DNA of 64,000 nt from Neophaeotheca triangularis (lineage: Eukaryota): positions 62,001-126,000 of the forward strand of contig BAAIJX010000047.1 in assembly GCA_054600435.1 (NCBI GenBank), in the 5' to 3' direction. Both the position numbers and the translations under genes were made by a program. A model generated the notes under the pieces. That model had not been told where the DNA came from. It made no database searches and saw only the letters and a list, made by a program, of their open reading frames with translations. Below are positions 1 through 12,655 of this stretch, one piece after another; position 1 is the first letter of the stretch, and the number at the start of each line of letters is the position of its first letter.

Positions 1-316
1 ACTCGCGGGCCATGCGGGCATACTGCTCGGCGACGAGATCAGCGTCCCACGATGCAGCCAGTGTTTGCGGTGTCACCCAGCCCGAGACTCCCCTCCCGTT
101 GGAGTACCCGGCAGGCCCATCAGAGAGCGTGTATGGCTCGAAACCAGGAGCAGAACCATCTCGGATCGTGACCTTGGCTTGTTGTTCGATCGTCCATGAT
201 GAAATGAGCTCCTCGGCCTCTGCGTATGCTCGGCCCCAGTCCATGTACGGGCGCTGGCATAGCACTGACGGAAAGAAAGCGAGCGCGGTGGCGCAGGTAG
301 CAGAAGAGGGGAACAT
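1..316 (-). CDS. GH3 beta-glucosidase-like glycoside hydrolase, 5' part (runs off the window edge)
   Basis: Not in the ORF track. Manual minus-strand translation from ATG 316 gives MFPSSATCATALAFFPSVLCQRPYMDWGRAYAEAEELISSWTIEQQAKVT...TLSDGPAGYSNGRGVSGWVTPQTLAASWDADLVAEQYARMARE. This has a signal peptide plus the W..AY..A, DGP.G and LAASWD..L motifs of fungal GH3 N-termini. Confidence 0.85.
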   Translation of the reverse strand, partial: MFPSSATCATALAFFPSVLCQRPYMDWGRAYAEAEELISSWTIEQQAKVTIRDGSAPGFEPYTLSDGPAGYSNGRGVSGWVTPQTLAASWDADLVAEQYARMARE

Positions 317-1815
317 CCCGGATCCTTTGCGTCTCACGAAAAGCTGAATGTATCGCAAAAGAGGAATGATCGATCTGATCAACTCACATTATATCTATGC
401 CAGTTTCGAGGCTCGATCACTGCCTTCGCTTCGGCTTCACATATACCGACTTTGATCAAGACTCATTGCTCTTGTGACTAAGGAGACGACTCTGTTGGAG
501 CACTAGCAGTATTCCTAGCATCAATCCTTCCTTCGTGAAGACCAAGGATGCTCGGGTCCCGCACTCGGCAACCAGATCCAGTGAAGTTGATAGGCATTTG
601 GTGAGTGCGCTTGGGCAGCGATGCAACCAGAAAAACGTTCTATCCCCAGTGAACCCCCGCAGGAAGGCTTGGGGATGCGGAGGATGCATTGCCTCTTGCC
701 TAATAAGGTGGAAAGGAGAGAGAGGAGTGTGGGTGGGACCAAAGGCTAGGGCTCAGGAAAGCCTGGAGAATTGAAGAGTGCTGGTTCGGAGAGAAATGCA
801 CCGAGAAGGCCCTAGCTGATGTCGGCAGATATTGCAGTGTGAGAAATGGTACTTCTTCTTGCAGGTGCTTTGCCATCAAACTGCATCCGAGGTGAGAATT
901 CGTCCATACTCTACTGTATAGACTCTCCACTCTCCCGGGGTAAGTACTGCTTCTAATCAGGCAATGCAGGGATGAGGTACCTTCGGCAGTTCGAGATCGA
1001 CTTAGGGCTTCCTCGGTGTCTCGGATCAGAAGTACCTATGCCCTGTTGGTGCTTTTGCAGTAGGAGGTACCTATGTAGTCAGCCTTGTAGGCTAGAGAGC
1101 GCCCCTTTCTGAATCAGCCTATCAAAGCCGGGCAAGCCAGTATTGAACACGGTTTCCCGCGGTGGCTCTAAGGTCGCGCACTCTCGTTCTCCTCGCTAAC
1201 CTATACCCTGCCGTTCATTGCCATCCTTCGAGACTCCCTCGACATGCGTTGCTTGCTCCCCGCCTCGTGCGGCACCGTGCCCTATCTACCTCGGCCCTCA
1301 GCGCTGCTCCGCCTCCACCTATCTCCTGCCAAACCAGGTGAAGACCACAGTTTCTAGTTCGACAAGTCTATGCTAGACCTCCTTTCACGCGCCATCTGGC
1401 TGGAAGAGTCTGGCTCCATCCTCGGGAAAATTCAGTCCGCTATAGCAGCTAAGCCAACCTTCGAGGCGATTGAACCACTTGAGTTCTGATAGAGCCGAGA
1501 GAACGGGTTATAGTGAGGACTAAATTCCCGGGTTGGCGAAAGGGCGCCGTAGTCTAGATGCTAAGTGGCAGGTGTGTTGATAACAGTCACCTCCTAATAT
1601 TTCTTTCCAGCTAAATCGTGAATAGACAAGCCTAGGAGGTGGTCTTTTGTAAACATGTAGTATCAATGACCTTCGACGGAGGATTCAGAAATGCCGTCTA
1701 CTACCGCCCGCTCTAAAGCTATGCAAATCAGAAAGAAAAACCACCGTCCCGGCTCCTGTAGACGTGACAAACCAGAGCGGGAACACAAAACGTCTCGGCA
1801 GTATCAACACCAACC

Positions 1816-3459
1816 CTAGTCCTTAGCCGGGACTCCATACTCCTCGACGTGGTCTTTGACGCCCAGCTCCTTCTCAGCCGCCTTGGCCGCATCCGGGTCT
1901 TCGAGAGCGTGCGGCACAAGCTGGTCTCCAAAGAGAATATCCATTTGCTCGAGCGTCTTGCCCTTTGTTTCCGGGTAGAAGAGGGTGAAGCAGATGAAGC
2001 CGACGATGTTGAGGGCGAAGAAGACGTAAAAGTAGCCGAATTCGATGTTGGTGAGAGCGGTGGGGCTGAATTGGGCGAAGATGAGATTGATGGTCCAGTT
2101 GGTGAAGGTGGTGATGGCGTTGCCTAGAGCGCGAACCTCGACTGGGAAGATCTCGGCCGGCTGTGGTTGGGGGGAGGTTAGCTGTTCGTCCACTCACGCT
2201 AGAGGGGTGGTTTGTCGGCGGTGCTTACGTAGACCCATGAAATGATGCCGAGGGCTGTGTAGAAGAAGGAAAAAAGGAAATTCATCGCGACCATGGCGCG
2301 AAGCTGGTTGGCATTGTTGAGGTCCAGGTATTGTCCCATGACAGCGTTGGCGAGCAGCGCGCACGCCATGCCAAGTGAAGCACCCATGAGGGGCCTCACA
2401 CGTCCGACCTTGTCGACCAACGCCAAGGCAATGGTCGCATAAACGAGAGCAAGAGCACCGTTGATGCCGACGATCAAAAGCGATTCCTGGGTTTCGATGT
2501 TGAGAATCTCGTAGATGCGAGGTCCGTAGTAGTCTGGTCTGGTTAGCAGTGGCTTTGCGGTGTTGCGTGCGCTGGAGACGTACTGATTACGTTGATTCCT
2601 GACAAAGGACCCAAGGCTTGAACACCGCATCCAAGCAAGAGGCGCTTCCTCCACGTAGGCTTTGTAAAGATGGTCGTCCATGAAGTCTGTTCATTTGCTC
2701 GGTCTGCAGCGACGACATCGCAGATCTCGCGCATCTCAAGCTCGACTTGTGTCTCCGTGTCAGGACTTCCTGAGCGCAATCTCATCAGATTGTGCCGCGC
2801 TTCGGAGATCCGTCCCTTCTCTACCAACCAACGCGGCGACTCGTATAGGAACCAGATACCAATGGCGATGACGAGAGCGGGGACGCATTGGAACTGTCGT
2901 TGCGTAAGTAAGCGCACTCAACTGCGGCGATTGTTCTACTCACGGCCAAGGGAAATCTCCACTGTACTTCGGTCGATGTATGAGACATGCCGTAGCCCAG
3001 CCATTGAGCGACGAGGAAGCCCCAGCTCAACATCCATTGCAGCAGGCCGGATTGTAGACCTCTCCATCTGGGCTCGGAGAGCTCGGCGGCGTACATGGGG
3101 ATAGTCGATGTAAGCTGACCAACAGCAACACCACCGATAAAGCGGCCCACGATCAACATGGCGAGATTCACCGAGCCCGCTTGCAAGGCCGAGCCAAGGA
3201 GGGACACCATGGCTCCGACGAACATGGTCCGTTTCCGACCCAATTTGTTGGCGAACAACATGTTGAAAATGGTCCCGAGCACCGCGCCTCCCTGGAATGA
3301 GGAGACGACACCTCCCACGGCTTGATCGCTCGGTTCATTGAAATAGTCTTGAAAGCCGGAGACTTCGATGGTAGAAGTGATGATACCGGAGTCGTAGCCG
3401 AAGAGGAAACCTCCCACGGCCAAGAAAGTCGCGGAGGCGAAAGTGATGCCTTTGCCCAT
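1816..3459 (-). CDS. MFS sugar porter family transporter (4 exons)
   Basis: Motifs GGFLFGYDSG, LGRK, GRFIGG, YAAELSEPRWRG, ESPRWL, INYYGP, WVYPAEIFP and PETKGKTLE. GT-AG introns at 2894-2943, 2534-2583 and 2161-2228 join the ORF fragments in frame. Confidence 0.93.
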
Positions 3460-3505
3460 GGTCAATGACGGATGAAAGAGTCAGCGCCGGGGATGAGACA
3501 GAGGA

Positions 3506-5695
3506 ATGGGTTGGAACAACGACATGAGATGGTCTCGTCGACTGCCAATACATATATGGCCCCGACCAAGAGTGTGCCAAACCCCAGCAGAGAATGCAAT
3601 CGGTGCTCACATTGGAAATGGTTTCTATGCCGGTGACCAAGCCGATCGTTTCTTCTGGCCCCTATACGAAGACAAGATGTATGTTCGCTTTGGTAATGAG
3701 CTTTGCTTCTTTTGCGAGATCCATCTGATCTACGAAGATGGCAGCCGTCAGACTATCATCTCTGATCCGGACTGGAAGGTCAGGAGTAGCGCCACCCTAC
3801 TCGCCAACATTTATGGATCGGAGACGCATGATAGGAGGTTGTTGCCAGCCGGCTGGGACACACCCTCCTTCGACGATAGCCAATGGCCCACAGCGAAGCC
3901 GCTGACAGGGCCAAAAGGCGAACTCAGATATCAATCACAGCCTCCGATTGTGGCACACCAGACATTCGAGCCCGTCGCTGTGAACACTATCAAACCGGGA
4001 GTAGTGGTCTACGACCTTGGACAAAACGCCTCTACCATGGTTAAAATCTCTGTGTCAGGTGCAGCCGGATCCGAGGTCATCATTCGTCCGATGGAGACTG
4101 TCGACGAGAACGGCGCTGTGGTAATGCCAGATCCCCTCTTCAAGGAATTCGAGACGCATGTCTATAACAAGTTCATACTCGCCGGCACCGGAGAGGCAGA
4201 AGAATGGCAGCCCGACTTCAGCTTCACAAGCGCACGATACATCCAGATCGAAGGCGTTGCGATGCCTTTGGACCAGAACAGCTCTTCCCTCCCCGTAGTG
4301 CACTCGGCCGTGGGACAACATGTCTCTTCAGCATCCCGCCGCCTGGGCAAGGTGAGCACCGACAAAGAAGACGTTAATGCTCTGATCAACGCCTGCTTCT
4401 GGACGTACTCTTCCAACCTGCTGAGCTGGCACACCGACTGTCCGCAGATTGAAAAGTTCCCCTGGCTCGAAGTGACTCATCTTCTTTTCCCGTCCTCCCA
4501 ATACGTTTTCGACATCGAAGCACTTCACTCCAAGATTTTGCGTGATATTGTAGACGCCCAGGAGAAGAGCGGCTTCGTTCCCAATATGTCGCCTGAGATG
4601 AGGTACATGTGCGGACCAATGCGAGATACCATCACCTGGGGATGTGCCATCTGCTTCATTCCGGAAATGCTGAAGCGCTACTACGGCTCCACGCAAATGA
4701 TAGCCGCTTGCTACAAAGCAGCCAAAGCCTACATCGACCACATGCGCACCAAGGAACGAAAAGGCGGCCTGATCGAACACGGTCTGGGAGACTGGGGCCG
4801 GGATATCGCCTTTGGCAATCACCAAACCAACATCGAAAGCGCCGTCTACCACAAATGCCTCAAAAATTGCGAGATGATGGCAGAGGAGCTCGGCTACGAA
4901 AACGAAGCCCAAGACTTCAGAGCCACCGCGGAGAAAGTCTTCGACCTATACAACAAAATCCTCCTCAAGCCCCGCGATGAAAGCGCCGGCCACCCAACAG
5001 CCTTTTACACCTCCCTCGACGAGCCCGAAAAATTGGACAAAACCGCCATCAACCAAGCCGTAGCGCTGCAATTCGGCATGGTCCCGGAATCGCACATCGA
5101 AGACATTCAGCAGACCTTCCTCGCCGACGTCGCCGACTGCCGTATCCGCGCCGGCGAAATCGGCCTCCCGTACCTCTTCGCGACACTCGCGGACCTCCGG
5201 CGCCCGGACATTGTTCTCGCCATGGCGCGGCAGGAAGAGCACCCGAGCTACATGCGCTTCCTGCGACGGGGCGAGACGACGCTGCTCGAGTTCTGGCAGG
5301 ACGAGTGCCGCTCCAAGTGCCACGACATGTTGGGCACGATTTACGAGTGGTTCTACCGCGCGGTGCTGGGGTTGAAATTGACGAGTGATGCTTACAAGAC
5401 TTTTGAAGTGTTTCCGCCGTATGAGAGTGAGTTTGGCCGCGTCGAGGGTAGTGTCGAGTCGCCTTTTGGCGAGATTGCGGTTGAGTTTGAGCGCCGGGGG
5501 GAGGGGGAGAGTGTCGTCACTGTCACGGTTCCCATGAGCACGACGTGCACGCTGAAGGTGCCGAAGGGTGCGAAGGTGGAGGTTTCAAGGTATGGCCAGG
5601 TGACAAGTGCGCCGCAGGGTAAGGCTGGATCGCTGGAGTAGCGGCACGGGCAGTATTCTGTGCAGATTCGCCAAGGGGGTTCGATTTTCTCCTAG
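3506..5695 (+). pseudogene. GH78 alpha-L-rhamnosidase, apparently 5'-truncated with a probable premature TAG at 5639-5641
   Basis: GH78 motifs GNGFY, YDLGQN, TDCPQIEK.PW, GLGDW, TTLLEFW and HDMLG. Recognisable sequence starts only at about 3587 (ENAIGAHIGNG), about 130 bp from the divergent transporter ATG. In-frame RHGQYSVQI follows the TAG. Confidence 0.75.
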
Positions 5696-6772
5696 ATATG
5701 CTAGATGCGATGGCCAAACAAACGCTGTGTAAGATGTGCGTTTCTTCTTTCACTCACTATTGTTCAAATCGAGTTGATCTCCCAGTTAATTCCAGGTCGT
5801 TAAGCGACCAAGGACGTAGGAGGGAGGACGATGCTATTGTCATGCCAATGGTTCTCAGGGTTAGGGTTAGGGTATCATTCATCACGGCCTCGCTCTTGCC
5901 TATCTCTACCTACTATGTATGTACGTCCCCGGAAACAACTTGAATAGTAATCAAGGTCCGCTATCCATGCTCACGACCAAATTGAATCAACATCCCCCCG
6001 GCATAGATGATCAGCTAAGCAGGACAAAGCTCACCACACAAAGAACAAGCAATCATCACCCAAACCCCCTATCCAACCGACCACAAGTCCAAGAAACCAC
6101 CAACGACAACAGCAAACCGCAAAACCCATCCCAACGAGCGCCATCAAGAAACCACCTCAAAGTCCAGACGACGGCAAAAAAGGTCCATTCCTCAAGACAC
6201 CTTGCCCCGATCCACAAAGGTAGGTAGGTACCGATGCAAGTCTTACATACATCCAAGCCAACCCCTTCCATTCCAGCCCGCAGCTTCAGCAAACCAACCC
6301 AAGCCGCTAGCTTCTCCACCGTATAGATCGTCGCGTGGTAGCCAGCGGGAGCACTATCGCGGCGCGGACAGCCAGATTCTTCTCGCTCACAAGGGTCGAG
6401 AGAGCTCGGAGATTCGGTGGCGGATGGCTTTTACTAGGTTGCCCCTATGCGAGATTTCTGTCTGTCTAGTTCCTGTTCTGGCCGGCCTGGGCAGACGGCG
6501 GCAGTATCGGAAAGTGTCTCGGGCTGCGTTTGTTTACGGGTTGAGGGGGAATTTGGAGAGCTGGCGGGGGTAGGTAGGGTGGTTTCTTGATGGGATAGCG
6601 ATTCCCCAAATACCCCGTTGTTATGGTCTTGGTCATAGCCTGTCGGGAATGCAAAGGGTGCTTTGCGATGAGAGGTATGTTCACGTTCATGGGACTCTGT
6701 GAAGGAGATTGTCCCTTCTCGCGCCTTGATCGAGTCTTGTACTACTCGTTTTTTTAGCAGTTTGCCTGCAAG

Positions 6773-8435
6773 ATGTCTAAGGGAAACCGTGGGAAGGGAA
6801 TTCTAGAGGAGGGCTCCGATGAAGCAGAAGGCTTGGAAAGGATCGGAAATGCCTCGAACGAAGGACCGACAACGCCTCGAACGAAACGACTCGATCACCC
6901 GCAACAGGGAGATGTCAAAACCAACGCATGCCAACTTACCTGGCACCGAGGCCGCCGACAGCAGCGGGTACAACGACTTCCAGCAGCCTACTGCTCGCGG
7001 ACCTACAGCTCGCGGACCTACAGCTCGAGGTGGCGCATAGTGCGAGTTCTCGACAGCACCAACATCTCTCAAGCCATGACAAAGGGATTGAACGAGGAGC
7101 TTCAAGCTCGGGGGCGAAGCCTTCAATACCGCCCGCCCCTGGCGATGCTGACAGTCGGGTACATGCTTGCTCAGCTGCTTTCCGAACTTGCTGTTGACTC
7201 GGGTGCGGCCTTCCATCACCCTGCCGATCACCGTGATGGTATTGTCTGCCATCTCGACTTGTACGGGATGTGGGTTCGCTGATTGCGGTTCGTTTCTTCC
7301 TTGGGGTTGGAGAAAGCGCCTTTCATTCCCGGTGTAAGGAATAGTCGGATCTCGACGCAATTATTCTGCAGACGTGCTCTCTAGGCCGTCTATCTCATGT
7401 CGTGCTGGTACAGACGCGAAGAGCTTTCTATGATGTACTCCGGTCTCTGTCGTCGCTCAAGCAGTCTTGGGCTGACTAGCCTACGGCATCTTCGACGACA
7501 TGGAAGGTCTGGCCGGTCTCCGGGGTTGACAAAGGCTTTGCTCTGATGAGCCCGGGCCTGCGCATTGGTGGTGTTTGTCACGTTGCCCGATTTTGCGCAC
7601 TCTCGTGCCGGTGCACAACGCTGGTTCTCGAGCCGTGATGAGCGCCGACGAGCTGAGGCTCGCATGGAAGCTGATCGTGTAACGGGTACGACGGGCCGTG
7701 GCACGATTGTCGACGGCCTCAAGTTGGCCACGAGGGACAAGAAGCTGTACGCTTTTGCGAGCGGTCTATGCTCCCGGTCCTTCATCCCCTTAATCGCTAA
7801 TCGTAGCCTTCCTCCCCCCAGACAATGCTAAACCCCTGCGGCACCACCGCATACGGCTTCAACCCTTACTTCCCTATCCTAGTCACGGGGCTCGGCATCG
7901 TGGAAGACGACACCCTAGCTTTATTCTCCACCTCACCACCCTACGTCCTGGGCGCAATCGTAGCCGCAACCATAGCCTGGAACAGCGACCGCAACCAAGA
8001 ACGCGGCTATCACGTCGCCATCAGCCTGAGTGCAGCCGCCGTCGGCTTCGCCATGTCCGTCTCTAGCAACCGACACAGCTGTCCGCTACGCGTGCTCCTT
8101 TTCCCTCGCGGGCGGGGCGTTTGCGGCCAACGCGCTCATCTACTAGTACTAATGGGCTATGAGCTCGCTGAAGCGCGAGAGGGAGAAACGGGCAGCTGGT
8201 GGCGCGATTGTTAATATTGTCGGACATATTGGGAACACCGGACCGCCGTACTTTTATCCGTGCGCATGAGGGGCCGATATACCGGACGGCGTTTTATCTT
8301 GATGCTTGGCGTTTGCGGTTGTCTCTGCGACAATGGCGGTGGGGACGGAGTGGTATCTCAAGAGGCAGAATGTTGAGATTTGGACTGTGGCTGGTGAGAC
8401 TGGTGTGTTTTACTTACAGCCCTTTTACTACTTGA
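6773..8435 (+). pseudogene. Degraded MFS anion:cation symporter (allantoate/nicotinate permease-like)
   Basis: Fragments in different frames: LDSTNISQA...GLNEEL, VGYMLAQL, LSCWYRREEL, LPDF, YGFNPYFP.LV.GLG, SPPYV, WNSDRNQERGYH, EKRAAGGAIVNIVGHIGN. They are separated by frameshifts and in-frame stops. The 5' limit is uncertain. Confidence 0.8.
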
Positions 8436-11400
8436 TAATTTTTTTTTGCGGGGGGCTTGGACTGCGAGCAGAGTTGGCAATCTTGGTCTGTCGTCGTAAC
8501 CCAAAACCTTGTTGCTTCCGTTGTGAGATGGAACGTGACGCGGGAAAGCAACGTCTTAACTTACCCGTACGCCCCTTCCAAGCAACGTGCTGCCGGCTTC
8601 GCTGCTAGATGGCACGGGACTCACCAGCTGGGTGTGTGCTTCGGGTAGGTGCGAATGTCGTTCAGTAGTGACCGCCACATAACGCGCACAATTGAAGCGT
8701 CGCTTGGACCTTTTCGGACTCCGCTTTGCTAAAAGGTTGGGTTTAACGAAGACATGTGTGAAGCGAGTTATGATCCTATATTTAGCAGTTTGTGCGGCGC
8801 GTTGCCATCCAGCACTCTATGATAGTGCCCTAGACGTAGGTCTGACAAAGGCTGCTTACTATCGCAGGCCACGGAGATAGTACGTGACGGCGTGGGCAGA
8901 ATCCGGCATTTCGCACTGCCGTTATAATTGCACAAACACCCATATAACCAGCTTAGCGAGTGCCAGTTGACTCTTAGCCCATCCGGCAGAAAAGACTGCA
9001 CCATAGAGTCGACCTCCGGCTCTCAAGAATTGAGGACCACTTCGACTTACCATTCTCACCGCCGATTGCGCCACACCTCAGCGGCCACGGACAAAGCACG
9101 CCGTACCGAGCATGGAAAATGCGAGACTTCAAAGGCAAGCCGTCCGCGTGCCTTGCATGTCACCTGTAACGCTGTCGTGACATGTCCATCGCATCGATGA
9201 CATGTTACCTTGGCGGAAGCAGGCACTGTAACGATTTCGTGAATCCCCGGCGGTGGTTTGTGGATACTCTAGCGGGAACTCGAGATGTACGGTAAAGCAC
9301 ATTCGTAAAGAAGAGTTCAGACAACTCGGGTTTGCTGGCAAGATATCAGCGATGTTCCACGCTCGCGATCCACATATTTGCCATGCGCAAGCGACATGGG
9401 GTCCACGAGGGCGCTTTGCGATGATGAGCGCTGAGTGGGAGGGGCTGGGACTAGACAGCCGGTTGTTGCACAAGAAGCTGGAAGCGCGGGTGAGAGGAGG
9501 ATGCGGTGGAACGGGTTCTGGATCATCTGGCATTGAGTCCTGGGGACGGCGGTAATAATAAGACAGTGCCGTTGATGCCATGGCACAGTAGTCTTGGGTG
9601 TGTCAGCCTTTTGAGACCTCGGCCGTTGTAGTACTCGCTCGGTTCTACTTTCGCAAGGTGTGCAATCCCCGTGGCTGGGCTTGCTGCTTTTTGGTGGCTC
9701 CGCGAGAAGACAAAGTGGCATTGTGAAAGGGTAAGGTATTTCACCACCTGTCACGGAGGATGATGATATTATTGTATGAGATCCATGTCGTTGGGGGTAA
9801 GGCAGCAAGGCAGCCAATGAAAAAGACGTCGCAAGCAGAGTTTATTAGAAGCGGGAGGAGCAGGACGGACCCGGGACCTCCGACAGTAGGTAGTCGGAAA
9901 CACGCGGGTGCCAAGCCCAAAGATTAGGCGACGCAGGGGTTGCTGTCGGGTACTGGAGGTACCGTCGGGTGTGTAACGACGGAACGACATGGTTTTTCCT
10001 TCTCGTGGCGACGTGGGTGTACAGTATGGTAGAATGGGTATAGGAGAGGAGTGAGATGACCACGCCCCGCGCACACGGATCTTGGTTGACTTACAGGTAA
10101 TGTCTCGTTATGACTTCCAATTAGAGGTATTGTCGTAATCGAAAATAGAGTAAGGTACCGTAACTTACATTACCCCACGTGACGCACGTGCCAGGCCTGC
10201 ACTTTCTCCTCTTTTCTGAATTCTCGCTGTTCATCCGCCGACCACAGACCATCCTGAACCTCGTCGCGCCTCCAATCACCGCCTTCGAGCCTCTCATTCG
10301 CCAACCCCATCGACCACCCACCAATAGTGAGCCATCCTCTCAGACACCCGCCGTCTCCACGATACACGATATCGATAGACACGCCGCCATTCTAATAAGA
10401 CACGAACACTACCTGCTGTAAGTACCAATTGCCCCTCTCCCCCCCCATCAGGACACGCCGCGCGCGTAACGTGATTGCGAATGGATGCGTGATGAGCGAA
10501 CAAGGAGCGCGACGGCCATAGCAGTGCCGCGTACTGGAGAGAGGCGGACCTTCAAGGCGCAGCTAGCAATATGGAATGACATCGACGACAACGACACAGC
10601 AAGCAAGCAATCTGGAACGCATGGCAGCTCTCACATGCGACCAGATGAATTGCCATTGCCTGTCGCGTCGCAATCGTCGCCACCCATCATCGCACACCGT
10701 GTGTCCTGTCAAAGCTGCCTGCCGCTTTCGACAACATCGACCCAGCAGATGCGCCAACCCGCGTGCGTGGCGAAACCGCCGTCACAGAGCCAGCGCAAAG
10801 GATCGCACGCGTCTAGAATCATGTCGCTGGCAGAAGGAGCAGCTCGCGCAGAGGGACGCCTTTGATCCAGAAAGCCCGTCACTCGATGCGCTGGCCGCCT
10901 CGATCGCGAAGCTGCCGCTGCCGCCGGTGACGGTTTATGCGCTGGCATTGCGCCAATACCTGCGCCTTTCCACCACCACTGCTCCGGGACCCCGCCGCGC
11001 CTCGCCTGCTTCTTCTCATCATGTATTCATTCGCTCGCAAGCACCGCGTGTCTCTCGCCTGTCGTTCTGCCTGTGACCGAGCTAATTGCTTTGTCCAGCT
11101 TTCCTGCTCAGACCGCGAATCAGGCCTCTCGAGCCGGACGAAAGCGTCGTTGAGTGGTACGCCTCTCAGCATTTACCTCATCACCCCTGCCCTGTCCCCT
11201 AGCTTGTCACTGCCACGCGCACTACCTTCTTCAAGTCACGGCCGTCTGCGAGGTACCTCACTTTGTTTGCAAGCTATCGCCGTCAGCTTGCATCCAAAGC
11301 GGTCGAGTAAGGCTCGCTCGCTGTTCACCTACATGCATGGGCGCATTGCTGCTATACTCACTTAGCTGCGCGTATTGGGCCGCAAGAAGCAACGCTAATA

Positions 11401-11512
11401 CTGACTCTAGGTATTCGCTAGCTCCCTATCGACAAACCTTGAGCTCGACGCGACTAGCACCCCCTCGTCGAAAGCGTGACCGCGACCCGACTCGCGTTGA
11501 CCTTACCTCGAG

Positions 11513-12655
11513 ATGGACTCCTACGCGCAATACCACCCACAACAATCGCCTGGATACCCACACGGCCACGGCCAACCTCAACAAAGCCATACTAGCCCCG
11601 TGATGCAGACTCAGCAACAGCCGCAATACGGCCAACAGCAAGGTCAACAAAACAACATGGCGCAACAGCACATGATGCCGCAGATGGGATATCCGAATCC
11701 AGCTTACGGAATGCAACCGCCTTATGGCGTGTCTCCGTCGCAAGCAGCAGCGATGGCAACCGCAGCAGCATCTGGCTACAACCCAACAGGCCCTTATTCG
11801 ATGCCAGAACCACCACTTCAAAGCTCCATGCCGCAGACTTCACCGCGACTACAACAAGTCAAGACCGATGGCTCCGGTATACCTCCACGAAACCCTCAGT
11901 CCCCACGCCAGCATTCAAACAGCATGAGCATACCCAATAGCATGGCAGGACAACTGAGCATGCCCTCGGCACAAAGCCAAGGCATGCCCAACAACATGTC
12001 GCAGATGCAGCAACCAGGCCAACAGATGCCCCAACAACCCCAGTCAAGACGAATGTCGCACTCCATGAACAGTCCAGCCGTGCAACCACCACAACAGCAG
12101 CCCCCTCAGCCGCCTACTCAACAAGCACAACTGGGCCATAATCAACCGCAGCGCCCACCAACAGCGACCCAACAACCACCACCTCCAGCTTCATCCACCC
12201 AAGCTGCGCCACAACCCCACCAACCTTCCCCAGACGTCCCCGGCCCTGCCGGCTCCGCCGAAGAATCACCCCTCTATGTCAACGCAAAACAATTCCACCG
12301 CATCCTTAAACGCCGCATGGCGCGCCAAAAGCTGGAAGAGACTTTGCGTCTCACCAGTAAAGGCCGAAAGCCATACCTGCACGAATCGCGCCACAATCAT
12401 GCTATGCGCAGACCTCGTGGACCCGGTGGTCGCTTTCTCACAGCCGACGAGGTCGCGGCCATGGAAGCGAAAGAGCCTGGAAGCGCTGGCGGACCTTATC
12501 CCACCAATGGCGATGGATTGCAGATCAATGGCGGTGGCAATGGGGTCAAGAGGAAGTCCAACGGAAATGGCAATGCAACGTCGAATAAGCGTCGCAAGGC
12601 CTCCAGTGAGGAGGATGATGGCGATGACGGTGGGAGCGACGACGAGGACTCTTAG
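11513..12655 (+). CDS. hapB: CCAAT-binding complex subunit HapB/Hap2 (NF-YA)
   Basis: Q/P-rich N-terminus followed by the NF-YA core ESPLYVNAKQFHRILKRRMARQKLE...RKPYLHESRHNHAMRRPRGPGGRFLT. Confidence 0.96.
   Translation: MDSYAQYHPQQSPGYPHGHGQPQQSHTSPVMQTQQQPQYGQQQGQQNNMAQQHMMPQMGYPNPAYGMQPPYGVSPSQAAAMATAAASGYNPTGPYSMPEPPLQSSMPQTSPRLQQVKTDGSGIPPRNPQSPRQHSNSMSIPNSMAGQLSMPSAQSQGMPNNMSQMQQPGQQMPQQPQSRRMSHSMNSPAVQPPQQQPPQPPTQQAQLGHNQPQRPPTATQQPPPPASSTQAAPQPHQPSPDVPGPAGSAEESPLYVNAKQFHRILKRRMARQKLEETLRLTSKGRKPYLHESRHNHAMRRPRGPGGRFLTADEVAAMEAKEPGSAGGPYPTNGDGLQINGGGNGVKRKSNGNGNATSNKRRKASSEEDDGDDGGSDDEDS

Noticed and set aside
5855..5873. TCAGGG-TTAGGG-TTAGGG telomere-like repeat or telomerase RNA template
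   Set aside because: Only about three units, and no supporting telomerase RNA elements were recognisable; could be chance.
6056..6690. Short minus-strand ORFs between GH78 and the MFS pseudogene
   Set aside because: No recognisable motifs; possibly a remnant, but unsupported.
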